The notes below the pieces were generated by a model, which had not been told where the DNA came from, did no database searches, and worked only from the letters and a program-made list of their open reading frames with translations. 64,000 nucleotides of DNA. Origin: an uncultured Bacteroidales bacterium. Lineage in GTDB: Bacteria > Bacteroidota > Bacteroidia > Bacteroidales > Marinilabiliaceae. The number at the start of each line of letters is the position of its first letter. The first letter of the stretch is position 1. The stretch covers positions 1 through 64,000 of the forward strand of contig CALYZD010000001.1 in NCBI GenBank assembly GCA_945607565.1, given 5' to 3'. The position numbers were made by a program, and so were the translations under genes. Shown piece by piece: positions 42,715 to 52,577 of the stretch.

Positions 42715-43071
42715 ATGGCTTTTTCGAAAATAGAAAGAAGGAACAAGATAAAGACTCGTATCAGAGGCGTGGTTTCTGGTACGGCGACAAGACCTCGCAT
42801 GACGGTCTTTAGAAGCAACAAGCAGATTTATGTGCAGTTGATCGACGACGAGGCCGGCAAAACATTGCTGTCGTTGTCTTCGGCTTCTAAAAGTTTGTCG
42901 GAAGTGAAAGGAACAAAAAGTGAAGTGGCCGCTGCTGTCGGCAAGAAAATCGCCGAAAACGCTGTGAGTGCAGGCATCAACGCAGTCGTGTTTGATCGCA
43001 ATGGCTATCTTTATCATGGACGTGTAAAACAATTGGCTGAAGCAGCCCGCGAAGCCGGTCTTAAATTTTAA
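42715..43071 (+). CDS. rplR: 50S ribosomal protein L18
   Basis: 118 aa L18 family. Confidence 0.95.
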   Translation: MAFSKIERRNKIKTRIRGVVSGTATRPRMTVFRSNKQIYVQLIDDEAGKTLLSLSSASKSLSEVKGTKSEVAAAVGKKIAENAVSAGINAVVFDRNGYLYHGRVKQLAEAAREAGLKF

Positions 43072-43076
43072 CAACG

Positions 43077-43595
43077 ATGGTAGGAAATACAAAACGAGTT
43101 AGAACAACTAACGATCTTGTACTGAATGATCGTCTGGTAGCAATAAATCGAGTAACGAAAGTTACGAAAGGTGGTCGTACCTTTAGCTTCTCTGCCATTG
43201 TGGTTGTAGGCGACGGCAACGGCATAGTAGGCTGGGGCTTAGGCAAGGCAAGTGAAGTGACGGCCGCTATTGCCAAGGGCGTAGAGGCCGCCAAGAAGAA
43301 CTTGATCAAAGTTCCGTTGATCCATGGCACAATACCTCACGAGCAGCTGGCATCGTTCGGTGGTGCACAGGTGTTCATCAAGCCTGCATCGCACGGTACA
43401 GGTCTGACCGCCGGTGGTGCAATGCGCGCAGTGCTCGAAAGCGTAGGCGTAAGCGACGTCCTGGCCAAGTCGAAGGGTTCGTCGAATCCTCACAACTTGG
43501 TGAAGGCCACAATGGCCGCACTTGGCGAGTTGCGCGACGCTTACACGATTGCACAGCAGCGAGGCATAACTTTGGACAAAGTGTTTAACGGTTAA
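43077..43595 (+). CDS. rpsE: 30S ribosomal protein S5
   Basis: 172 aa; [22 protein letters not shown]. Confidence 0.97.
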   Translation: MVGNTKRVRTTNDLVLNDRLVAINRVTKVTKGGRTFSFSAIVVVGDGNGIVGWGLGKASEVTAAIAKGVEAAKKNLIKVPLIHGTIPHEQLASFGGAQVFIKPASHGTGLTAGGAMRAVLESVGVSDVLAKSKGSSNPHNLVKATMAALGELRDAYTIAQQRGITLDKVFNG

Positions 43596-43606
43596 CTATT
43601 GAAATC

Positions 43607-43783
43607 ATGGCAAAAATTAAAATCACACAGATTAAAAGTCTGATTGGTGCTCCCAAACGTCAGCGCGACACGATGGCTGCGTTGGGCATCAAGCGGATGC
43701 ATCAAACGGTAGAAAAAGAAGATACCCGTGAGATTATGGGCATGGTTGCAAAGTTAAAGCACCTTGTGTCTGTTGAAAAATAA
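43607..43783 (+). CDS. rpmD: 50S ribosomal protein L30
   Basis: 58 aa, below the ORF-track size cut-off; hand-translated MAKIKITQIKSLIGAPKRQRDTMAALGIKRMHQTVEKEDTREIMGMVAKLKHLVSVEK. Confidence 0.9.
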   Translation: MAKIKITQIKSLIGAPKRQRDTMAALGIKRMHQTVEKEDTREIMGMVAKLKHLVSVEK

Positions 43784-43804
43784 TCAGTAAAATTAGCAGA
43801 AATC

Positions 43805-44251
43805 ATGAATTTAAGCAGTTTAAAGCCGGCTAAAGGGTCTATTCATCATGACAAGCGAGTAGGTCGTGGTGCCGGTTCTGGTCGCGGCGGAACGTCAACC
43901 CGCGGTCATAAAGGCGCAAAATCACGTTCGGGCTATTCGAAGAAATTCGGTTTTGAAGGTGGTCAGATGCCTTTGCAGCGTCGTCTTCCGAAGTTTGGTT
44001 TCAACAATTACGGTCGCAAAGAATATAAGGCAATCAATCTTGAGACAATTCAGGCTTTGGCAGAGAAAGAGAATGTAGCAGTTATTGATCCGCAGTACTT
44101 GACGAATGCAGGTCTGGTCGGAAAAAATGACATCATCAAAATTTTGGGTAATGGTACTTTGACAGCCAAACTCGAAGTGAAAGCCCATGCTTTCTCCAAG
44201 AGTGCTGAGGCCGCAATCGTTGCAGCGCAGGGTACCGCAGTAAAACTGTAG
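43805..44251 (+). CDS. rplO: 50S ribosomal protein L15
   Basis: 148 aa; GRGAGSGRGGTSTRGHKG. Confidence 0.95.
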   Translation: MNLSSLKPAKGSIHHDKRVGRGAGSGRGGTSTRGHKGAKSRSGYSKKFGFEGGQMPLQRRLPKFGFNNYGRKEYKAINLETIQALAEKENVAVIDPQYLTNAGLVGKNDIIKILGNGTLTAKLEVKAHAFSKSAEAAIVAAQGTAVKL

Positions 44252-44255
44252 ACGA

Positions 44256-45599
44256 ATGAGACAACTAATTGACACCATTCGCAACATTTGGAAAATTGAT
44301 GAACTTAAAAACAGGATCCTAACGACGTTAGGATTCCTGTTAGTTTATCGTTTAGGCTCCTATGTTGTGCTGCCCGGCATTGACCCGGCACAATTGACCG
44401 CTTTAAAAGATCAAACAAGCAAGGGTGTTCTAGGCCTTTTGGACGCATTTTCAGGCGGCGCATTTTCGAATGCATCAATTTTAGGCTTGGGTATCATGCC
44501 ATACATCTCGGCCTCGATTGTTGTCCAGTTGTTGGGAATAGCGTTCCCATATTTTCAGAAGTTGCAGCGCGACGGTGAGAACGGACGCCGGAAAATCAAT
44601 CAGATAACCCGTTTCCTGACGGTTCTGATTCTGTTGATCCAAGCGCCTAGTTATCTTGCGAACTTGAACTCGAAACTGCCCGAAAGTGCGTTTGCCATCA
44701 CGGGCGCTATGTTCATGGTGTCGAGCGTGATTATTCTGACGGCCGGAACGATGTTTGTAATGTGGCTTGGCGAAAGAATAACCGACAGAGGTATCGGCAA
44801 TGGTATTTCGTTGATAATCATGATTGGTATCATCGCCAGACTGCCGCAGTCTCTTATTGCCGAGTTTGCTTCGAAGTTGAGCAGTGCTTCAGGCACAGGT
44901 GGATTAGTAATGCTCTTGGTCGAATTTGTAGTGTTGTTCTTCGTGTTTGTCGGATCAATACTTTTGGTTCAGGGCACGCGACGCATTCCGGTTCAGTATG
45001 CTAAACGAATTGTCGGCAACAAGCAGTATGGCGGCGTTCGTCAGTATATTCCGCTGAAAGTCAACGCGGCCGGTGTGATGCCGATAATATTCGCGCAGGC
45101 AATCATGTTCTTGCCGGTGGTGTTTGCGGGCTTCGTTAGCGAAGAGTCTGCAAGCGGCCTCTCGGCGATATTTGCCGACTATACCGGTTTTTGGTATAAC
45201 TTCATCTTTGCGTTCCTGATTATTGTATTTACCTATTTCTATACGGCAATCACAATCAATCCGACGCAGATGGCCGAGGATATGAAGCGCAACCAAGGTT
45301 TCATACCGGGTGTCAAACCCGGAAAGAAAACTGCCGATTACATAGACTCTGTGATGTCGAAAATCACATTGCCCGGGTCTATTTTCCTGGCAATTGTTGC
45401 CATAATGCCTTCATTCGTATCTTCTTACGTAGATCCCAGCTTCGCTCAGTTCTACGGTGGTACGTCACTCTTGATTCTGGTAGGTGTAGTTTTGGATACG
45501 CTTCAGCAGATTGAAAGCCATTTGTTGATGAGACATTACGATGGTTTGATGAAGACCGGTCGAATCATGGGCCGCACATCCGGAGTAGCTGTTCATTAA
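44256..45599 (+). CDS. secY: preprotein translocase subunit SecY
   Basis: 447 aa, 10 TM, SecY family. Confidence 0.95.
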   Translation: MRQLIDTIRNIWKIDELKNRILTTLGFLLVYRLGSYVVLPGIDPAQLTALKDQTSKGVLGLLDAFSGGAFSNASILGLGIMPYISASIVVQLLGIAFPYFQKLQRDGENGRRKINQITRFLTVLILLIQAPSYLANLNSKLPESAFAITGAMFMVSSVIILTAGTMFVMWLGERITDRGIGNGISLIIMIGIIARLPQSLIAEFASKLSSASGTGGLVMLLVEFVVLFFVFVGSILLVQGTRRIPVQYAKRIVGNKQYGGVRQYIPLKVNAAGVMPIIFAQAIMFLPVVFAGFVSEESASGLSAIFADYTGFWYNFIFAFLIIVFTYFYTAITINPTQMAEDMKRNQGFIPGVKPGKKTADYIDSVMSKITLPGSIFLAIVAIMPSFVSSYVDPSFAQFYGGTSLLILVGVVLDTLQQIESHLLMRHYDGLMKTGRIMGRTSGVAVH

Positions 45600-45619
45600 T
45601 TGAACAGTCTTCTTTCGAA

Positions 45620-46378
45620 ATGATATTTATCAAAACACAGGAACAGATAAATCTCCTGAGAGTCAGCAACCGTTTGGTTGTCATGACTCTCGGAGAATTA
45701 TCTAATTATATAGCACCTGGTGTAACCCCTTTGAAATTAGACAGGATCGCTTATGAGTTTATCAAGGATAACGGAGCCGAGCCTGCCTTTTTGAATTATA
45801 AAGGATTCCCAAATTCACTTTGTGTTTCAGTAAATGATGTCGCAGTCCACGGCGTCCCGACTGCCAAGCCTTTGGAAGACGGTGACATCGTGACGATTGA
45901 CTGCGGTGTGAGACAGAATGGTTTTTGTGGCGATTCTGCTTTCACGTTCGCCGTCGGCTCGATAAGTGAAAAAAATCAGGAGTTTGTCACTACGGTCCGG
46001 TCGGCACTTGATGCGGCCGTCAATGCAGTATGTGAGGGAGTGCGGTTGGGCACCGTCGGTCACTTGATTCAAGAAAAAATCGAGCGAGCCGGATATTCGG
46101 TTATCAGGGAGCTGACCGGTCACGGTATAGGTCGCGAACTTCACGAAGATCCGCTGATATACAATTACGGAATCGAGGGTTCGGGCACAAGACTGGAGGC
46201 CGGAATGGTCATCGCGATAGAGCCGATAGCAAGTGCCGGGGAACGTCATGTGAGAGTTTCGAAAGATGGTTTCGGAATAGAAACTTGCGACGGAAGTTGC
46301 ACGGCCCATTTTGAGCAAACCATTGTGGTAGAAAAAAATGGTGCTAATGTGTTGTCTGTTTTTGATTTTCTCAAATAA
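45620..46378 (+). CDS. map: type I methionine aminopeptidase
   Basis: 252 aa; metal ligands D-D-H-E-E in conserved context. Confidence 0.9.
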   Translation: MIFIKTQEQINLLRVSNRLVVMTLGELSNYIAPGVTPLKLDRIAYEFIKDNGAEPAFLNYKGFPNSLCVSVNDVAVHGVPTAKPLEDGDIVTIDCGVRQNGFCGDSAFTFAVGSISEKNQEFVTTVRSALDAAVNAVCEGVRLGTVGHLIQEKIERAGYSVIRELTGHGIGRELHEDPLIYNYGIEGSGTRLEAGMVIAIEPIASAGERHVRVSKDGFGIETCDGSCTAHFEQTIVVEKNGANVLSVFDFLK

Positions 46379-46382
46379 ATAC

Positions 46383-46390
46383 TACATTTG
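46383..46390 (+). promoter_or_regulatory. candidate internal -7 element (TAnnTTTG) upstream of infA
   Basis: TACATTTG, 32 nt upstream of the infA ATG, in the map-infA spacer. Confidence 0.25.
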
Positions 46391-46422
46391 CACCTCGAAT
46401 TAAGAAAAGTAAGGATAATTAT

Positions 46423-46641
46423 ATGCCAAAGCAGTCATCTATCGAGCAGGATGGGACAATAATCGAAGCTCTTTCCAATGCTATGTTTCATGTAGAGTTG
46501 GAAAATGGTCATGTCATAACTGCTCATATCTCTGGAAAAATGAGGATGAACTACATCAAGATTCTCACCGGAGATAAGGTAAAGGTTGAGATGTCACCGT
46601 ATGATTTGACAAAAGGAAGAATTTCGTATCGATATAAATAA
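46423..46641 (+). CDS. infA: translation initiation factor IF-1
   Basis: 72 aa, S1-like OB fold, [16 protein letters not shown]. Confidence 0.95.
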   Translation: MPKQSSIEQDGTIIEALSNAMFHVELENGHVITAHISGKMRMNYIKILTGDKVKVEMSPYDLTKGRISYRYK

Positions 46642-46653
46642 TCTATTTTCATT

Positions 46654-46770
46654 ATGAAAGTAAGAGCATCAATCAAAAAAAGAAGCGCGGATTGCAAGAT
46701 TGTCAGCCGTAAAGGTCGGCTTTATGTGATCTGCAAAAAGAATCCTAAGTTCAAACAACGTCAAGGTTAA
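46654..46770 (+). CDS. rpmJ: 50S ribosomal protein L36 (zinc-ligand-degenerate variant)
   Basis: 38 aa, below the ORF-track cut-off; hand-translated [38 protein letters not shown]. Confidence 0.85.
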   Translation: MKVRASIKKRSADCKIVSRKGRLYVICKKNPKFKQRQG

Positions 46771-46788
46771 AAAAACAAATCAATTATT

Positions 46789-47166
46789 ATGGCAAGAATT
46801 GCTGGTGTCGATATACCTGTCAACAAGATAGGTGAAATCGCATTGACTTACATTTACGGTATTGGTCGGAGTACAGCTTGTACAGTTTTGGAGAAGGCCG
46901 GAGTTGATCGTAGTGTAAAAGTAAAAGACTGGACCGATGCACAGGTTCAGGCTATTCGTGAAGTTATCGGATCTTCATTAAAAGTTGAAGGTGAATTGCG
47001 TTCTGAAGTTCAGTTGAACATCAAGCGACTGATGGATATTGGCTGCTACCGTGGCATCCGTCACCGTCTTGGTCTGCCTGTTCGTGGTCAGTCGACCAAG
47101 AACAATGCACGTACTCGCAAGGGTAAGAAGAAAACTGTTGCTAACAAGAAAAAAGCTACTAAATAA
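46789..47166 (+). CDS. rpsM: 30S ribosomal protein S13
   Basis: [10 protein letters not shown]... Confidence 0.97.
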   Translation: MARIAGVDIPVNKIGEIALTYIYGIGRSTACTVLEKAGVDRSVKVKDWTDAQVQAIREVIGSSLKVEGELRSEVQLNIKRLMDIGCYRGIRHRLGLPVRGQSTKNNARTRKGKKKTVANKKKATK

Positions 47167-47176
47167 TCGTTGAATT

Positions 47177-47566
47177 ATGGCTAAGAAAGCAGGAACGCAA
47201 AAAAAGAGAATCGTAAATGTTGAGGCTCAGGGTCAGGCTCACATTCATTCTTCATTCAATAATATTATCATCACTCTGACGAACATGAATGGCCAGACCA
47301 TTTCGTGGTCGAGTGCAGGTAAAATGAACTTCAAGGGTTCGAAGAAAAACACTCCTTATGCAGCTCAGATGGCCGCTACCGACTGTGCCAAAATTGCTTA
47401 CGATCTTGGCTTGAGAAAGGTGAAGGCTTATGTGAAGGGTCCGGGCAACGGCCGTGAGTCGGCTATCCGTTCGATCCACGCAGCCGGCATTGAGGTGACT
47501 GAGATCATCGACGTGACGCCGCTGCCGCACAACGGTTGCCGTCCTCCTAAGAGAAGAAGAGTTTAA
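47177..47566 (+). CDS. rpsK: 30S ribosomal protein S11
   Basis: 129 aa S11 family. Confidence 0.97.
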   Translation: MAKKAGTQKKRIVNVEAQGQAHIHSSFNNIIITLTNMNGQTISWSSAGKMNFKGSKKNTPYAAQMAATDCAKIAYDLGLRKVKAYVKGPGNGRESAIRSIHAAGIEVTEIIDVTPLPHNGCRPPKRRRV

Positions 47567-47698
47567 AGAATTCAGTATTAATTAATAACCATAACGTTTT
47601 TGTTTTGAATTTTGAATAATGATTGGTTATATGATTATATAATCAGGGCTGCCATATTCATCATTTGAAATCAAAATTTAAAAATCAAAAATCAGAAA

Positions 47699-48307
47699 AT
47701 GGCTAGATTTATTGGTCCGAAAACAAGAATTGCCAGAAAATTTGGTGAGGCAATTTATGGTCCAGACAGGGCGTTTGAAAAAAGAAAAAGTTATCCGCCC
47801 GGACAACATGGCTTGAACCATCGCCGGAAAACCAGCGAATATGGTACTCAGCTGAAAGAGAAACAGAAGGCAAAATACACTTATGGCCTTCTTGAACGTC
47901 AGTTCAGAATCGTTTATGCCGATGCGAAAAGAAGCAAGGGAGTAACCGGTGAGGTGCTTTTGGGTCTTCTTGAATCGCGTTTGGATAATGTCGTTTATCG
48001 TCTTGGAATAGCTCCTACTCGTGCCGCAGCCCGTCAGTTAGTAGGACACCGTCACATTTTGGTTGACGGTGAAGTTGTCAACATTCCTTCGTATAGGATA
48101 AAGGCAGGTCAGATTGTTGGTGTTCGCGAGAAGTCCAAATCGCTGGAGGTTGTAGCAAACTCTTTGCAGAATGCCAACCATTCGAAATATCCGTGGTTGG
48201 AGTGGGACAAGAACACGATGTCTGGCAAATTCCTGAATATGCCTGAGAGGTCTGATATTCCAGAAAATATCAAAGAACAGTTGATCGTCGATTTGTATTC
48301 TAAATAA
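47699..48307 (+). CDS. rpsD: 30S ribosomal protein S4
   Basis: [17 protein letters not shown]..., S4 domain. Confidence 0.97.
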   Translation: MARFIGPKTRIARKFGEAIYGPDRAFEKRKSYPPGQHGLNHRRKTSEYGTQLKEKQKAKYTYGLLERQFRIVYADAKRSKGVTGEVLLGLLESRLDNVVYRLGIAPTRAAARQLVGHRHILVDGEVVNIPSYRIKAGQIVGVREKSKSLEVVANSLQNANHSKYPWLEWDKNTMSGKFLNMPERSDIPENIKEQLIVDLYSK

Positions 48308-48316
48308 TTAATTCTT

Positions 48317-49309
48317 ATGGCAGTTTTAGCATTCCAAAAACCAGACAAAGTCATTATGCTTGAGTCTGACGATAAATTCGGTCGTTTTGAATTTCGTCCG
48401 CTTGAGCCCGGATATGGTCAGACCATTGGAAATGCCTTAAGAAGAATATTGTTGTCTTCTCTTGAAGGATACGCAATCACATCAATCAAGATTGATGGAG
48501 TCGACCACGAGTTTGCAACCATACCGGGCGTAGTCGATGACGTGACTCAGATTATTCTGAATTTGAAGCAAGTATGTTTCAAGAAGTTGACTCAGGATAT
48601 TGATTCCGAAAAAGTTACAGTATCGTTCTCGGGCAAGGAACAGATAACAGCAGGTGACTTTAACAGTTTCATGCAGTCGTTTGAGGTTCTGAACCCTGAG
48701 ATGGTCGTCTGCAATTTGAATCCTGAAACGACATTCAATATGACCTTTACAATCAACAAGGGTCGTGGATATGTCGTCAGTGATGACAATGCTTCGGCAG
48801 ACGATGAAATAGGCGTGATTGCAATCGATTCGATCTACACGCCTATCAAGAATGTGAAGTATTCGGTAGAACAGTATCGTATTGAACAACAAACGGATTA
48901 CGAGAAACTCGTTTTCGAGATTACGACGAATGGTTCAATTCATCCAAAGGATGCGCTCAAAGAGGCGGCTAAGATTTTGATTTATCACTTCATGCTGTTC
49001 TCTGACGAGAAGATTACGTTGGATTCTGACGAGAAGTTCGGCAACGAAGAGTTTGACGAGGAAGTGCTGCACATGAGGCAGTTGCTCAAGACCCGATTGG
49101 TCGACATGGATCTTTCGGTTCGTGCATTGAACTGCCTGAAGGCTGCCGACGTCGAGACTCTTGGCGAACTGGTGACTTACCATAGGAACGATCTTCTCAA
49201 GTTCAGGAATTTCGGCAAGAAATCTCTGACGGAACTTGATGATCTCTTGGTTAACTTGGGCCTGTCGTTTGGTATGGATACCGCAAAGTATAAATTAGAC
49301 AAAGATTAA
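48317..49309 (+). CDS. rpoA: DNA-directed RNA polymerase subunit alpha
   Basis: 330 aa; N-terminal dimerisation domain and C-terminal alpha-CTD. Confidence 0.97.
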   Translation: MAVLAFQKPDKVIMLESDDKFGRFEFRPLEPGYGQTIGNALRRILLSSLEGYAITSIKIDGVDHEFATIPGVVDDVTQIILNLKQVCFKKLTQDIDSEKVTVSFSGKEQITAGDFNSFMQSFEVLNPEMVVCNLNPETTFNMTFTINKGRGYVVSDDNASADDEIGVIAIDSIYTPIKNVKYSVEQYRIEQQTDYEKLVFEITTNGSIHPKDALKEAAKILIYHFMLFSDEKITLDSDEKFGNEEFDEEVLHMRQLLKTRLVDMDLSVRALNCLKAADVETLGELVTYHRNDLLKFRNFGKKSLTELDDLLVNLGLSFGMDTAKYKLDKD

Positions 49310-49314
49310 TTACG

Positions 49315-49797
49315 ATGAGACATAATAAGAAATTTAATCATCTTGGTAGGACAAGTGCCCATCGTAAAGCATTGTTGGCCAACATGGCGTGTTCTTTGAT
49401 TATGCACAAGCGAATCAAGACAACGCTGGCAAAAGCAAAGGCTTTGCGTATGTACGTAGAACCGTTGATGACAAAGACAAAGAATCTTTCGACCGTGGAG
49501 GACAAGACGAACGCACAGCGTTTGGTTTTCAGCTACTTGAAAGACAAATATGCAGTTAAAGAGTTGTTTACCGAAGTAGGCGAGAAAATTGCAAATCGTC
49601 AGGGCGGTTACACAAGAATCCTGAAGTTAGGCAATCGCGTAGGTGACGCAGCAGAAGTGTGCTATATCGAACTCGTTGATTATAATGCAGGTATGCTCGC
49701 AGCTCCGAAGGCAGCAGAAGAGAAGAAGAAGACCCGTCGCAGCCGGTCGAAGAAAGCGGCCGACGAGGCGGTTGAAGCTCAGCCTGCAGCAGAATAA
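49315..49797 (+). CDS. rplQ: 50S ribosomal protein L17
   Basis: [19 protein letters not shown]... Confidence 0.95.
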   Translation: MRHNKKFNHLGRTSAHRKALLANMACSLIMHKRIKTTLAKAKALRMYVEPLMTKTKNLSTVEDKTNAQRLVFSYLKDKYAVKELFTEVGEKIANRQGGYTRILKLGNRVGDAAEVCYIELVDYNAGMLAAPKAAEEKKKTRRSRSKKAADEAVEAQPAAE

Positions 49798-49818
49798 CTG
49801 CCAGAGCAGATAACTATA

Positions 49819-49849
49819 AAGGCATCCCGGACAGGGGTGCCTTTTTTTA
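49819..49849 (+). terminator. intrinsic terminator closing the ribosomal superoperon after rplQ
   Basis: AAGGCATCCCGG-ACA-GGGGTGCCTT then TTTTTTTAT. Confidence 0.6.
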
Positions 49850-49895
49850 TTTGTATAAAAATGTTATATTGCGCAAAATTCTAAAAAATACTGCC

Positions 49896-50525
49896 ATGAA
49901 TAAAATAGTTTTTTTTATCGCATGCGCAATGTTGTATGTAGTGAATGTGCATGCAGAGAATGATGAAAAGTATTTGATTTCGGACAGCTTCATTTCCGGG
50001 GCCAAATATGTGGACGGGAATCTGACCATCACAGACAGTAGTCTTGCCTATAGAAGCTCGAATGAGAGTTTGACGTGGAACGGTGAATCCATTAATTTCT
50101 GGGGGGATATCACGCTGAGCCAGTCGGCGCAGATAGACGTCAAGGTCAGCGGGGCGGCGAAGGTCTATTTTGCGGCCAAGTCGACGACGTCAAACGCCGA
50201 GCGGTCGATACTGATTGGCGGCACGCCCATAGCCGACGAGAAATTCGTGTCGACGCAAATCCGCATGATAGGTTATGAGTATGATGGCGCGGCGGCTACG
50301 CTGTCTTTTGAGCCCGACAATGGGCTGTATCTGTATATGATTTACGTCGATTATCCGAGCTATACGTCGGTGGGCAGCGAGACGGCCGGCAAAGAGATTG
50401 TGCGGACGGAATATTATTCCATCTGCGGTTCGAAACTGACGGCCGCGCCGACGACGGGCGTTTATCTGACACGCACTTTCTTTGCTGACGGTTCGGTCAA
50501 AACGCTGAAAATCATGAAAAGATAG
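49896..50525 (+). CDS. small secreted protein with T9SS (Por) C-terminal sorting domain
   Basis: Signal peptide MNKIVFFIACAMLYVVNVHA; last ~45 aa (YYSICGSKLTAAPTTGVYLTRTFFADGSVKTLKIMKR) fit the type-A T9SS CTD pattern. ORF-track start 49851 trimmed to internal M. Confidence 0.55.
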   Translation: MNKIVFFIACAMLYVVNVHAENDEKYLISDSFISGAKYVDGNLTITDSSLAYRSSNESLTWNGESINFWGDITLSQSAQIDVKVSGAAKVYFAAKSTTSNAERSILIGGTPIADEKFVSTQIRMIGYEYDGAAATLSFEPDNGLYLYMIYVDYPSYTSVGSETAGKEIVRTEYYSICGSKLTAAPTTGVYLTRTFFADGSVKTLKIMKR

Positions 50526-50537
50526 TTTCCTGAGACT

Positions 50538-52499
50538 ATGAAAATTTTTTCATTACCGCTCACTCGTGTCCTTGTTGGCATGTTGGGCGGTATTTTTCTG
50601 ACCATATTATTGCCGGGCTTCGAGGGTGTCTTTTACGTCGTCGGCGTGCTGTGCCTGATCGGGATGATAGTCATGTGCGTCCGCTTCAGGCCGTCGTATG
50701 GGAACTGGGCAGGCTGGGTCGTCTTCCTGTTTTTCGTGGCGTTCGGGTATCAGTGGCAGCAGCTGCGGTCGGTGCAGCTGGTCAGGGCCGACGGCGAGGT
50801 CGACATTTATGGCTGCGTCAAGTCGGTGGTCCGCGTCGACAACGACAGAATAAAATACGAGATTGAGGCTGACTCGATAATCACGCGCGACAGCGTGTTT
50901 TATGCGCGCGAAGGGCTGCTGACGTTGCCGGTAGGGCTTGCGCAGCGGTCGGGCAACGAGATTCATGTTAAGGCCAGACTGTCGGCACTGAAACGCTCGG
51001 CCAACCCGGGCGCGTTCGACTATCCGGCCTATCTGACGCACAACGGCTATTCGTTCGTGGCCTACAGCAACGCCGAAAGCCTGGAGGCGCTTGGCTTCAG
51101 GAACGGCGTGTCGGTGTTTTTCATGCGATTGCGCGATGCGGTCGCGGATATATTCGCGACATCCGGCTTCAGCGCAAAATCGCAGAATCTGCTGCAGGCC
51201 CTGTTTCTGGGCGACCGAAGCCGGCTGGACCCTGAGCTGAAGCAGTCGTTCTCCGACTGCGGCGTCATTCACATATTGGCTGTCAGCGGGTTGCATGTGG
51301 GGCTGATTTATATGTTCGTGGCCTCGGTTCTGTCCTTTTTGTTCAGGCGCAAGCTGGCCGCCCTCCGTTTTGTGCTGACGTCGTTGTTTCTGGTGGGATA
51401 CGCAATGCTGACGGGGCTTTCATCTTCGGTGCTGCGCGCTGTGATAATGATGATTACTATTGAGTACGGCGGGCTGGTCGGCTACCGGCGCGACAAATAC
51501 AACACGCTGCTTGTGGCTTTGTTCATCATTCTGATGATAGACCCGAACAATGCCTTTTCGATTGGGCTGTGGCTCAGCTTTGCGGCCGTCACATCTATCA
51601 TTGTGGTGTATCCGATGCTGACCTCCTTCAACATCAGATTCCTGCCGTTCAGATATGTCTACAACACGATGGCGGTGACGCTGTCGGCACAGATAGGCAC
51701 CATGCCGCTGACGCTCATGTTCTTCCACAGTTTTCCGGTTTATTTTCTGCTGCACAATGTGGTCGTCCTGCCGCTGGTGGCGCCGATTCTGATAGGCGCC
51801 ATAACGGTAGTCCTGTTCTCGTTCAGCGAGACTGCGGTGTCGCTGATGGTGCCGACGCTCGATTCGCTGCTGTGCTTCGTGTCGGATTATGTGGAGTCGG
51901 CGGCCGCGCTGCCATACAGCGTCGTCACCGGCGTGCCGTTCGATGCCGTGTGCGCCCTGGCATCGGCTGCGCTGCTGATAAGCGTAGTGCGCTTTGCCAC
52001 GAAGCCGCATTTTCTCGGTCTGCGGCCAATAATGCTCTGTGCCTTTCTGGGGATGTCGTGGGCCTGCGTCAGGATGCTGGAGCCCGCCGACGACCACATG
52101 GTGGTTTTTGAGGGATATGGCGAGAGCGCCCTCGTGGCGCTGGTCAGCGGGCGGAGCGTGACCTACCTGGCCGACACTGCAAGCCGGCAGCACGCGACGG
52201 CCATGGACAACCACTGTGCCGAGTGCTGGCTGACGGACCGGCGTGTCTTCCCCAATGACCGTAACTACACCGCGACGTTTGCCGGCAGGCGTTATCTGTT
52301 TGTGGGCAAGGCATCGGCACTGACCGATGCGCTGGCCGGCGGTGCCGACGTCGCCGTCCTGACGCGGCAGGCATTGCCGCCCGAGCGCATGACGGAATCG
52401 GGCGCGGAAATCGTGATTCCACGGCAGTTCAAGCCCTGGATAGCAGCCGTGTGGCGCGAGACATTCGTCCCCGCGCTGACGGCCGAAAACAGAAAATAA
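50538..52499 (+). CDS. comEC: ComEC/Rec2 family competence (DNA internalisation) membrane protein
   Basis: Competence domain motif GVIHILAVSGLHVGLI; multi-TM; no C-terminal metallo-beta-lactamase domain apparent (653 aa). Confidence 0.8.
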   Translation: MKIFSLPLTRVLVGMLGGIFLTILLPGFEGVFYVVGVLCLIGMIVMCVRFRPSYGNWAGWVVFLFFVAFGYQWQQLRSVQLVRADGEVDIYGCVKSVVRVDNDRIKYEIEADSIITRDSVFYAREGLLTLPVGLAQRSGNEIHVKARLSALKRSANPGAFDYPAYLTHNGYSFVAYSNAESLEALGFRNGVSVFFMRLRDAVADIFATSGFSAKSQNLLQALFLGDRSRLDPELKQSFSDCGVIHILAVSGLHVGLIYMFVASVLSFLFRRKLAALRFVLTSLFLVGYAMLTGLSSSVLRAVIMMITIEYGGLVGYRRDKYNTLLVALFIILMIDPNNAFSIGLWLSFAAVTSIIVVYPMLTSFNIRFLPFRYVYNTMAVTLSAQIGTMPLTLMFFHSFPVYFLLHNVVVLPLVAPILIGAITVVLFSFSETAVSLMVPTLDSLLCFVSDYVESAAALPYSVVTGVPFDAVCALASAALLISVVRFATKPHFLGLRPIMLCAFLGMSWACVRMLEPADDHMVVFEGYGESALVALVSGRSVTYLADTASRQHATAMDNHCAECWLTDRRVFPNDRNYTATFAGRRYLFVGKASALTDALAGGADVAVLTRQALPPERMTESGAEIVIPRQFKPWIAAVWRETFVPALTAENRK

Positions 52500-52577
52500 A
52501 TGTCCGGACCGTCATGGCAATCTGATTATTCGTTGTTAATTTGCAGGCTGTTTCTTATCAAATAAAGAGTTGCAACC

